In this document: positions 15,255-22,813 of the stretch, piece by piece | Layout of the letters: the number at the start of each line of letters is the position of its first letter | How positions within the stretch are numbered: position 1 is the stretch's first letter | Source of the DNA: a virus | Taxonomy: Duplodnaviria > Caudoviricetes | Length of the DNA: 32,405 nt | IMG/VR virus record: IMGVR_UViG_3300050120_000091 | Location: 1 to 32,405 of that record | Reading direction: 5' to 3' (one strand) | Notes under the pieces: model-generated | Databases searched by the model: none | Told to the model about the DNA's origin: nothing | Seen by the model: only the letters and a program-made list of their open reading frames with translations | Translations under genes and position numbers: made by a program

Positions 15255-15893
15255 ATGACCGCAGCAACGAACTACACGACCAACAAGGTTTTGGTGGATT
15301 ACATTCTGCGTCAGCAGACTGCCACCCCCCCGGCAAATCTGTGGTATTGCTTATTTATTGCCTCGAAGGGCTATGCGGCAGTTAGCACGGTGTACACCAC
15401 GGGTGATACGGTCGTGCCGGTTGGCTTCACGCCTGCACGGGTGTACAAGGCAACGACCGGTGGTACGAGTGCGGCAAGTGCCCCGACATGGCCGACCACG
15501 AACGGCGGAACAGTGACCGATGGTGGCGTGACGTGGACTGAGCAAACCATTGCGATGATTGAAGGCACGTTCCCGCCAGAAGCGTCGTATACCGGGTACA
15601 CCCGTACAGAAATTGCATCCTCGCTTGCCAACTGGTCTGGCACGCTGTCGCAAGGTTCGACGGCAGTATCGAGTGGTGTTGGCGCGACGTTGAGCACGTA
15701 TAACAATACGCAGATCAACTTCCCGGCACCTACGGGCACACAAAGCGGTATCGTGGTTGGTATGTATCTGTCGGACGCGTCGAGCGCCGGTAATATCTGG
15801 TTCTGGTCGCTGCTGACGAATCCGAAGACCATCAACAGCGGTGATGCTGCGCCTAACTTCCCGCAGTATGCGTTCCAACTGACGTGGAGTTAA
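15255..15893 (+). CDS. Phage fibre-associated protein with inserted CBM5/12-like module
   Basis: YTRTEI...NNTQINFPAPTG...LSDASSAGN...PKTINSGD pattern; insert VYKATTGGTSAASAPTWPT...VTDGGVTW. Confidence 0.6.
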   Translation: MTAATNYTTNKVLVDYILRQQTATPPANLWYCLFIASKGYAAVSTVYTTGDTVVPVGFTPARVYKATTGGTSAASAPTWPTTNGGTVTDGGVTWTEQTIAMIEGTFPPEASYTGYTRTEIASSLANWSGTLSQGSTAVSSGVGATLSTYNNTQINFPAPTGTQSGIVVGMYLSDASSAGNIWFWSLLTNPKTINSGDAAPNFPQYAFQLTWS

Positions 15894-15896
15894 GCC

Positions 15897-16310
15897 GTGG
15901 CGTACTGCCCTCCTGCGCCGGTCCTAGACGTTCCTTCTGTAGAGAAGGTTCCGGGGTCGGTGTTGAATTACGGGTTCGACCTATCCCCCCCGGCTTACCC
16001 ACAAGAGAACAGTCCGTGGGCACCACCGGGTAAGCCAAAGGTTCCATGGTTGGCACCGGGCGAACAGGTTATCAGCTTGACCGTGACGTTTGGTCCGGGA
16101 TCGGTGAGCACCACGCAAGACCTGACGTTGGTGGATACGCAGATTACTGCCAATGCAACAGGTGTAGCGCAGTCACTGATTATCGGGTGGATTGCCGGTG
16201 GGCTGGCAGGTAACACTTATCTGGTGACCTACACGTGGATTACCAACAGCACGCCAGTAGGAAGAACTGATAGCAGATCAATGAATATTGTGTGCGTGGC
16301 CGCACTTTAA
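15897..16310 (+). CDS. Fibre adaptor-like protein
   Basis: KVPGSVLNYGFDL...WL..GEQVIS...WIAGG..GNTYLVT...GRTDSRS pattern of phage fibre adaptors. Confidence 0.6.
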   Translation: MAYCPPAPVLDVPSVEKVPGSVLNYGFDLSPPAYPQENSPWAPPGKPKVPWLAPGEQVISLTVTFGPGSVSTTQDLTLVDTQITANATGVAQSLIIGWIAGGLAGNTYLVTYTWITNSTPVGRTDSRSMNIVCVAAL

Positions 16311-16319
16311 GGAGTAGCC

Positions 16320-16619
16320 ATGAATGTCGTTCTGGAAATGCGTAAAGACCTAGCAGGGCTGGTCATTATCTTGGTGTTGTTCGCAATGGACTACTTCAAG
16401 ATTGACGATCAGATGTTGAAGCTCACGCTGATGGGCGGTCTTGGTTCGTTATTCGGTATGGGCGCTCTGCAAACGGCTATTCCGGGTATGAACAACGGTA
16501 AGATCGCAGTGGCTCAAGCGCAAGCAGCGGCTGCGGCAGCGGCTAATCCCGCTCCCCAGTCGGTTACGATCACAGCCCCGAACGTATCGATTGAAGGCAA
16601 AATAACCCCACAGTCTTAA
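16320..16619 (+). CDS. Holin-like two-TM protein
   Basis: AAGGAG SD; two hydrophobic helices, then a polar Ala-rich tail. Confidence 0.5.
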   Translation: MNVVLEMRKDLAGLVIILVLFAMDYFKIDDQMLKLTLMGGLGSLFGMGALQTAIPGMNNGKIAVAQAQAAAAAAANPAPQSVTITAPNVSIEGKITPQS

Positions 16620-16629
16620 GGCCGAGCCG

Positions 16630-16992
16630 GTGGCCGTAGAACCCGAACCGGTCAACACAGACCCTCCAAAGGAGTTGGACGTGGACAGCGCATCTGTAGT
16701 ATTCAGCAAGGTAAGCGGGCTGGTGGAAAATCCAGTCTTTCAGGCGGTGTTGCCGATTCTGGTGAGCACGTTCGCTAAACTCGACGCCAACCCGGCAGCA
16801 ACTCCGGTACTGGGTGCACAGTTCATGGCAGACGTACTGCCGTTCCTCGGTGAACTTGACGAAGACGTGCTGACACAGGCAGTCAATCTATTTTCCGCGA
16901 TACTGGCGGTCAAGCAACCGGTGGAAGCCCCGCCCGCCATAACGGGATCAATCAATACTTCGCTGCAAAACGCAGGTGCGGCGGTGGTGTAA
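16630..16992 (+). CDS. Hypothetical protein (paralog A)
   Basis: 120 aa; similar to 17042..17383; start uncertain. Confidence 0.6.
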   Translation: MAVEPEPVNTDPPKELDVDSASVVFSKVSGLVENPVFQAVLPILVSTFAKLDANPAATPVLGAQFMADVLPFLGELDEDVLTQAVNLFSAILAVKQPVEAPPAITGSINTSLQNAGAAVV

Positions 16993-17041
16993 AGGCTGTA
17001 TGATCTGCGTAGCACAGACATTTAACCCAATGGAGTACATC

Positions 17042-17383
17042 ATGAGCACCCCCGCCGTTGCAACTCTTACCCCCGCACAGGTTTTCCAAGAAATTGGTGC
17101 GCTGATCCTGAACAACGTTTTCACCAACGCCCTACCGGTTATCACCGCTGCTATTTCGCAGCTTGAGGCCAATCCGGCAGAACTGACCAACCCGTTGACG
17201 GCTGGCCTGTTCGCCAACAAGTTCATGGTGGATATTCTGGCGACCCTGCCAGCCATCGAGAACGAAGCTGTCGTGAGTGTCGGTCAGTTCATCGAGTCTT
17301 TCCTGACGGCAGTGCAAGCCAAGGCTACGGCCCCCGGCGTCAGTGCAGCGCAAGCAGGCGCGGCGCTCGCAGCAGCAATCTAA
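17042..17383 (+). CDS. Hypothetical protein (paralog B)
   Basis: GGAG SD before ATG 17042 in ORF 16976..17383. Confidence 0.7.
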   Translation: MSTPAVATLTPAQVFQEIGALILNNVFTNALPVITAAISQLEANPAELTNPLTAGLFANKFMVDILATLPAIENEAVVSVGQFIESFLTAVQAKATAPGVSAAQAGAALAAAI

Positions 17384-17397
17384 AGCGGCGGAGGTGC

Positions 17398-17565
17398 ATG
17401 ATGGTCAAGGTTAGTCTACTGACGGCCTTGGCCGTTTTGCTTTCCGGGTGCCAGCCGATGGTGCCCAAGATGGTGGACATGCAGCTTCACGATTGCACGG
17501 TCAAGATGACGTTCAACAGCATGAACATCAGTGACTGCCACGTAACGATGACGCGGAGTAATTGA
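17398..17565 (+). CDS. Small lipoprotein (55 aa)
   Basis: GGAGGTG SD; MMVKVSLLTALAVLLSGC lipobox; internal repeat DCTVKMT/DCHVTMT. Confidence 0.65.
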   Translation: MMVKVSLLTALAVLLSGCQPMVPKMVDMQLHDCTVKMTFNSMNISDCHVTMTRSN

Positions 17566-17566
17566 T

Positions 17567-18052
17567 ATGGGCATGATCGTTATGCAGTTTGTGGGCAACC
17601 GCTCCAGCTTGGGTTCGCTGGCAATTGAGTGGTTTAGCCACAGCAAATGGAGCCACGTTGATAGCGTGATGCCCGGTGGGAGTTTGCTGGGCGCGCGTAG
17701 TGACAGAATTATGGGCATTCCCCCCGGTGTGCAAATCCGCCCAGCCGAGTACGTACGGGCTGAGAAGGATCGGGTCAAGCGGGTGCATATTCCCTGCACT
17801 GACCAGCAGATGAATGACTACTATGCGTTCGTGGTCAGTCAAGTGGGCAAGCCGTACGACAAGACAGCGATTATCGCGTTCATGGTGAATCGTGATTGGA
17901 CGGCCAAGGACAGTTGGTTTTGCAGTGAGTTGTGTGGTGCAGCCGCAGTGCATGCCAAGTTGTTCTCGTACCGATTGGCGGTCAAGCACAATAAGATTGA
18001 TCCGGGTGACCTGCTGTTCGTGCTGAGTGCAATTACGGATGTGAGCAAATGA
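17567..18052 (+). CDS. YiiX/YebB-like permuted NlpC/P60 (peptidase C92)
   Basis: WSHV (His), GKPYD, WFCSEL (Cys) in permuted order. Confidence 0.85.
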   Translation: MGMIVMQFVGNRSSLGSLAIEWFSHSKWSHVDSVMPGGSLLGARSDRIMGIPPGVQIRPAEYVRAEKDRVKRVHIPCTDQQMNDYYAFVVSQVGKPYDKTAIIAFMVNRDWTAKDSWFCSELCGAAAVHAKLFSYRLAVKHNKIDPGDLLFVLSAITDVSK

Positions 18053-18453
18053 GCAATAACCAAGGTCTTGCAGCCAATTTCATGTATGTCTGGGATGCTG
18101 GGGGTCCGCCCACACCAGATGCGCAGGGGCGTTTTTCGAATAACCAAGGGAAACCGAACTCAGCCATTCCTATGTTTCAGGTGACGACGCCCCCGGCCAA
18201 CACGCCGCCGTACCCGGACAACCAAGGGGCTATCTCAAATATCGTCGGTGCTGCACAGGGGGCTATCCCGATCAAGATCACTGGCACGGTAGCTCCTGTT
18301 GCTGATGCACAGGGGTGGTTCCCGACTGACCCCACCAACGTTAATTCAGCAATTGCTGTGTATTTCGTGGTTGGAGCACCTGCTGACACGCCTCCTTACC
18401 CAAATGGTCAAGAGGCTGGCGGTGGTGCGACCCCGTGCTACGTGGTGGTGTGA
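18049..18453 (+). CDS. Pro-rich internally duplicated protein, probably virion-associated
   Basis: Two units DAQGxF...NSAI...TPPYPxxQ. Confidence 0.65.
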   Translation: MSNNQGLAANFMYVWDAGGPPTPDAQGRFSNNQGKPNSAIPMFQVTTPPANTPPYPDNQGAISNIVGAAQGAIPIKITGTVAPVADAQGWFPTDPTNVNSAIAVYFVVGAPADTPPYPNGQEAGGGATPCYVVV

Positions 18454-18459
18454 GGGCAT

Positions 18460-18738
18460 ATGTACGCAATCAATTGCGCAGATGCTGTACAATTCGCAAG
18501 GTCTTGTATTGACTTTGCCGCGTCTGTGTTTAGCCACCTTCGGGTGGCTCTTTTTATGGTGGCTACCCTCAGTGGCTGTGTGATAACCCCCACCATTGAC
18601 CCGGTAACGCACGCACAGACCTGTTGTAGTGCGTATGCCACGTATTTTGGGTATGACTTCAGTGGCACGTACAAGAAGACGGGTAACCAGTGGAACACGA
18701 ATGGCAGTGTGAAGTGGAAGTACCTCAACGGCCCCTGA
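18460..18738 (+). CDS. Probable small lipoprotein (true start likely downstream, near 18526)
   Basis: VALFMVATLSGC lipobox; C-terminal beta-rich segment. Confidence 0.45.
   Translation: MYAINCADAVQFARSCIDFAASVFSHLRVALFMVATLSGCVITPTIDPVTHAQTCCSAYATYFGYDFSGTYKKTGNQWNTNGSVKWKYLNGP
18465..18478 (-). repeat. Dispersed motif copy 8 (reverse)
   Basis: CGCAATCAATTGCG on +. Confidence 0.95.
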
Positions 18739-18740
18739 CG

Positions 18741-18754
18741 CGCAATCAATTGCG
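18741..18754 (-). repeat. Dispersed motif copy 9 (reverse)
   Basis: CGCAATCAATTGCG on +, after stop 18738 and upstream of the portal. Confidence 0.95.
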
Positions 18755-18819
18755 TGGGTCATCTGTACCACTGTACAATCGTCCTCAAGCCTGTCCTGTC
18801 TCATGACTGAGGAAGAATT

Positions 18820-20448
18820 ATGTTCAGTAACGGTGGTGCAGACGACGAAGGCACAGCATCGATTGGAATCACCGGTAGTACCTTGGGTACTCCGCTTGAC
18901 AACCTGCTGATGGCCCCGGAGATTCAACCCGGCAGCGCCCCTTCTTATCAGTTGTGCAAGACCATCTATCTCTATCACCCGTTGGGTGCCAAGATGGTGG
19001 AGGTTCCGCTCAACATTGCGCAAAGTCAACGGCGCGACATCTCTATTCAGAACGGCCCAGAAGACAAAATCCGTGAGGCGTTCGAAGCCGAGTGGGAGAA
19101 GATGGGCGCGGACAAGCATATCTACAATGTGATGCGCATCAGCCGCATCTACGGTATCGGTGCAGTCGTGTATGGCGCAGTAGGAGTGCCCACAGACCGT
19201 CCGCTGGACCTCAAGAAACTGGGTGACCTCCAATTGTACTTTAACGTGGTTGATCCGTTAAATACTGCTGGATCACTCGTTCTCAACCAGAACCCAAATA
19301 GCCCAGATTTCCAAAAACACACGAGTGTCAGTGTGGCGGGGCAGGCATACCACCGCAGCCGTGCGTGTGTGATGCTCAACGAAGAACCTATCTATATCGA
19401 GTACACGACCAGCGCGTTCGGGTTCGTCGGGCGTTCGGTCTATCAGCGCGCGTTGTTTCCGCTGAAGTCGTTTGTGCAGAGCATGATTACCGACGATCTG
19501 GTCACCAAGAAGGCCGGGTTGCTGGTGGCGATGATCAAGCAGCTTGGCTCGATCAGCGACAAGGTGATGCAGCAACTGATGGGCATCAAGCGGAACTTCC
19601 TGAAGCAAGCAGTGACTGGAAACGTCATCAGTGTCGGCCATGAGGATAGGGTCGAAGCCATTGACATGACGAACACGGCTACGGGTATGACTACCGCTCG
19701 TAAGAACATTCTCGACAACATCGCGAGCAGTGCGTCCATGCCTGCCCAACTCATAAATAATGAGACGATGGCTGAGGGGTTCGGTGAGGGCACTGAAGAC
19801 GCCAAGAACATCGCCCGATACATCGATGGCATTCGCAAGCAGATGCAGCCATTGTACGAGTTCTTCGATGAACTGGTGATGTACCGCGCGTGGTCGCCTG
19901 ACTTCTACAAGGCGATTCAAACGGAGTTCCCTGAGTACGCGAACATCCCGTACGTGAAGGCGTTCTATGACTGGCGCAACAGCTTCAAAGCCGAGTGGCC
20001 GAGCCTGTTGATCGAACCTGAGAGCGAACAAATCAAGACCGATGAAATTCGGATGAAGTCATTGGTTTCGGTCGTGCAGGTGCTGGCACCACAGGTAGAC
20101 CCCGACAACAAGGGCCGGGTGTTCCAGTGGTTCCAAGACAATCTGAATTCCAATAAAGTGCTGTTCAAGATCGCGCTCGATCTGGATATCGAGGCACTGG
20201 CGCAGTACGAACCGCCTGCCCCTCCCGGTGGAGAAGGAAGTCCGTCTGATCAAGAAGGCGGTCAGGGCAAACCCATCGAACAACTCACGCGCAGCGACGC
20301 CGCAGACAACACGTGGGACGCACCGGGCATCGAACTCAGCAACGCCGGTAATGGCCGCACCATGCCAGCCCCCCGCCTACCACCAGACGTGTCCGACCGG
20401 GGGGTTCGTCCCGGCGTAAAGCGCCTAAGCTTTAACACTTGGAAATGA
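18820..20448 (+). CDS. Portal protein (DUF1073 family)
   Basis: 542 aa; LCKTIYLYHPLGAKMVE, SRIYGIG, YHRSR, GFGEGTED, EWPSL motifs; first gene of the head module. Confidence 0.85.
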   Translation: MFSNGGADDEGTASIGITGSTLGTPLDNLLMAPEIQPGSAPSYQLCKTIYLYHPLGAKMVEVPLNIAQSQRRDISIQNGPEDKIREAFEAEWEKMGADKHIYNVMRISRIYGIGAVVYGAVGVPTDRPLDLKKLGDLQLYFNVVDPLNTAGSLVLNQNPNSPDFQKHTSVSVAGQAYHRSRACVMLNEEPIYIEYTTSAFGFVGRSVYQRALFPLKSFVQSMITDDLVTKKAGLLVAMIKQLGSISDKVMQQLMGIKRNFLKQAVTGNVISVGHEDRVEAIDMTNTATGMTTARKNILDNIASSASMPAQLINNETMAEGFGEGTEDAKNIARYIDGIRKQMQPLYEFFDELVMYRAWSPDFYKAIQTEFPEYANIPYVKAFYDWRNSFKAEWPSLLIEPESEQIKTDEIRMKSLVSVVQVLAPQVDPDNKGRVFQWFQDNLNSNKVLFKIALDLDIEALAQYEPPAPPGGEGSPSDQEGGQGKPIEQLTRSDAADNTWDAPGIELSNAGNGRTMPAPRLPPDVSDRGVRPGVKRLSFNTWK

Positions 20449-21257
20449 GCAGCTTCTACGAAGTGATTACCGAGGCCGTGGCCGATATCGTGGCGCACGG
20501 GTTCGACAGCCAAAAACGCGTCGATGACTGGATTAAGAAAATCCGGTACGCCGCGATTTCATCGTTGGTTCCCCAGATGGAGATGGAGGAAGCGGTAAAG
20601 AACACGATGAAGAATTTGTATCAGCGCATGGTGGTGAAGCACGGGATTCTGCAATACCACCCCGGAGTGAGCAAGTTCACCATCGATATGGTCAAGCCGA
20701 AATTGCGGAATGAACTCGACCGCGCTATTGCGGCGAACGCCGGGTTGATCAAGATGAACCGAGAGGCAGCAGTAGAAAGCACGCTTCGTCGGTTTGCCGG
20801 GTGGTCTACCAGTGTGCCTGCGGGTGGTACAGACGTAACCCAGCGGCAGGTGATAAAGAGCAATATCAGGAAGTCGCTCGCCCAGCTTCCGTTTGAAGAA
20901 CGCCGGGTGGCAATCGATCAGGGCCACAAATTCGTTTCATCGCTGAATCGTATTATTGCTGTAGATCAAGGGGCGCTTGGTGCGATCTGGCACAGCCACT
21001 GGCGTCAACCGGGGTATCGCTATCGGCCTGACCACAAAGAACGAGACATGCACTTTTACGTGGTGCGTGGCAATCAGGCAATTGAGAAGGGGCTGATGAA
21101 AGTCGGTCCAGACGGGTACACAGACCAGATCACGCAACCGGCTGAGGAGTGTTTTTGTCGGTGCAACTATCAGTACGTGTACAACTTGTTGAGCATCCCC
21201 GAATACCTGCTGACTGAAAAAGGACGCAAGGTACTTGAGAAGGCGTTGATGTCATGA
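20445..21257 (+). CDS. Head morphogenesis protein (Mu gpF / SPP1 gp7-like)
   Basis: Directly after the portal; WHSHW...YRPDHKERD...QPAEECFCRC C-terminal motif. Confidence 0.8.
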   Translation: MSSFYEVITEAVADIVAHGFDSQKRVDDWIKKIRYAAISSLVPQMEMEEAVKNTMKNLYQRMVVKHGILQYHPGVSKFTIDMVKPKLRNELDRAIAANAGLIKMNREAAVESTLRRFAGWSTSVPAGGTDVTQRQVIKSNIRKSLAQLPFEERRVAIDQGHKFVSSLNRIIAVDQGALGAIWHSHWRQPGYRYRPDHKERDMHFYVVRGNQAIEKGLMKVGPDGYTDQITQPAEECFCRCNYQYVYNLLSIPEYLLTEKGRKVLEKALMS

Positions 21258-22804
21258 AAATCCCGGCACCGTCTACCATTGCGACCACGCAGGCAATGTG
21301 GGAGTGGATGATGTCGCTTACGCACAGCCGCGCGCCTGAATCTGGTGACCAGCTTGTACGGCAGGGCGACGCACTGGTTGAGCAATCAATTGCGCGTGCT
21401 GATGACGGCACTTTCAACGAAGCAGATCACCCGCGTGCTGCCAATGGTCAGTTCGGTAGTGGCGGTGGCGGTGCAGCGCCGAAGAACAAAAAGGAAATTA
21501 GTGACCGTCTGAAGGAAATTGAAGGCGAACACACGGCCAAGAAAGCAGAATTGCACAAGATGATTGCCGCCAAAACCGGCTTGACGGACGGTAAGCGCAA
21601 GGAAGTAGCCAAGAGCATTTTCAAACTGGCACAGGAACGTGATGGTCTGAGTAAGGAACTGGAAACGGCCCCTGATGCACCGGCTGAAGAAAAGGAAGAA
21701 GATCAGCCCACTGTAGAAAATTTGGAATTAGAAATAAAGGACATAGAGGCAAAGATAAAAGATGCTAAAGGCGCGGAAAAAGGTGCCTTGTTTGGTGAAC
21801 TATCAAAGCTGTACGTCAAAAAACAAGAGGTATTTACTGCGGGGAAAAAGAAGAGACCAGATGACACTGACTTTAGTGCGGGTTCGAAAGAACGTCTGGA
21901 TAAAGCCGAGAAACTTATAAAGGCAAAGGACTCCGAGGGACTTGCTGACATGTTAGAAGAGATTGGTGAGACTTCTAACCCAAAATCTTCTTTGTCCCAA
22001 ATTAAGGACTACATCCAAATAAATTTGGCTGACATGCCAAGAGAACTAGACATGGAGAAATTCCGTTCTGGTGCAGAAGCGCGCAACATCGCATACAAGA
22101 AAATGCGAGACCTGAATAAAGCTGTTAAAGACGCGAAGGGGGATGCTAGTGCACAAGCAGCAGCACAGAAGAAGTACAACGATGCAGAACATGCGTTTCT
22201 TGCTGCCAACACCAAGCATGAACAACAGTTCAATAAGTGGAAGAACTCGATCACGCTGGAAGGCGGTGAGAAATTAGCCATTAGTAATTACACCACCAGT
22301 GGGTATAGGCAGATAAATAAGTCGTTGTATGATCCGATGCCGTCAATGACGGAATCTTGGGTAAAGACGGACATCGCCCACTTGGACGCTGCTATTGAGA
22401 AGTCGGTGTTACCTGCGGACGTAGACGTGTTTCGGGGTATGTCTCTGCCGGGGGATCAAGTGGATTCGCTGATTGAAGGGTCCGAGTTGTCCAACATGGC
22501 ATTTACTTCGGTAAGTACCAACGAAGATGTGTCTGAAGGATTTACGACTGGTATGTTCAACCCCAAAAGCAAAGCAGTAATGATCCGCATGACGCTTCCA
22601 CAGGGGTCGAAGGGCTACCCGATGGGTGGTAATGAAGGTGAAATTATTCTCCCACGTGGCGCGAAAATGAGAGTGGTCAAGAAAGAAGCAGGGATGAACA
22701 GTTATGGGGCACATACAGTGTATCTGCATGTTGAGCCTATACTAGACAGTCAAGCAAGAGCCGACAGTGTTATCGACTTGTCCAAAGCTTTTTGTGGGGA
22801 TTAA
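21254..22804 (+). CDS. ADP-ribosyltransferase (VIP2/Alt-like R-S-E family) with HPR-GQF N-terminal motif
   Basis: YTTSGYRQIN, VFRGM (R at 22433), FTSVS (S-x-S), NEGEIILPRG (ExE at 22634-22642); N-terminal FNEADHPRAANGQFG. Confidence 0.85.
   Translation: MKIPAPSTIATTQAMWEWMMSLTHSRAPESGDQLVRQGDALVEQSIARADDGTFNEADHPRAANGQFGSGGGGAAPKNKKEISDRLKEIEGEHTAKKAELHKMIAAKTGLTDGKRKEVAKSIFKLAQERDGLSKELETAPDAPAEEKEEDQPTVENLELEIKDIEAKIKDAKGAEKGALFGELSKLYVKKQEVFTAGKKKRPDDTDFSAGSKERLDKAEKLIKAKDSEGLADMLEEIGETSNPKSSLSQIKDYIQINLADMPRELDMEKFRSGAEARNIAYKKMRDLNKAVKDAKGDASAQAAAQKKYNDAEHAFLAANTKHEQQFNKWKNSITLEGGEKLAISNYTTSGYRQINKSLYDPMPSMTESWVKTDIAHLDAAIEKSVLPADVDVFRGMSLPGDQVDSLIEGSELSNMAFTSVSTNEDVSEGFTTGMFNPKSKAVMIRMTLPQGSKGYPMGGNEGEIILPRGAKMRVVKKEAGMNSYGAHTVYLHVEPILDSQARADSVIDLSKAFCGD
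21381..21394 (-). repeat. Dispersed motif copy 10 (reverse, in CDS EQSIAR)
   Basis: AGCAATCAATTGCG on +; invariant core. Confidence 0.93.
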
Positions 22805-22813
22805 GGAACGATC

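Noticed and set aside
17621-17632. GCAATTGAGTGG as a degenerate copy of the dispersed motif
   Set aside because: Two mismatches in a core that is invariant in all 12 true copies; the other CAATTG sites (963, 18350, 21079, 24113) also lack the right arm.
18820-20448. DUF1073 protein as anti-CBASS Acb1
   Set aside because: This family is often labelled that way, but I see no paired HxT/S 2H-phosphoesterase motifs; size and synteny fit a portal.
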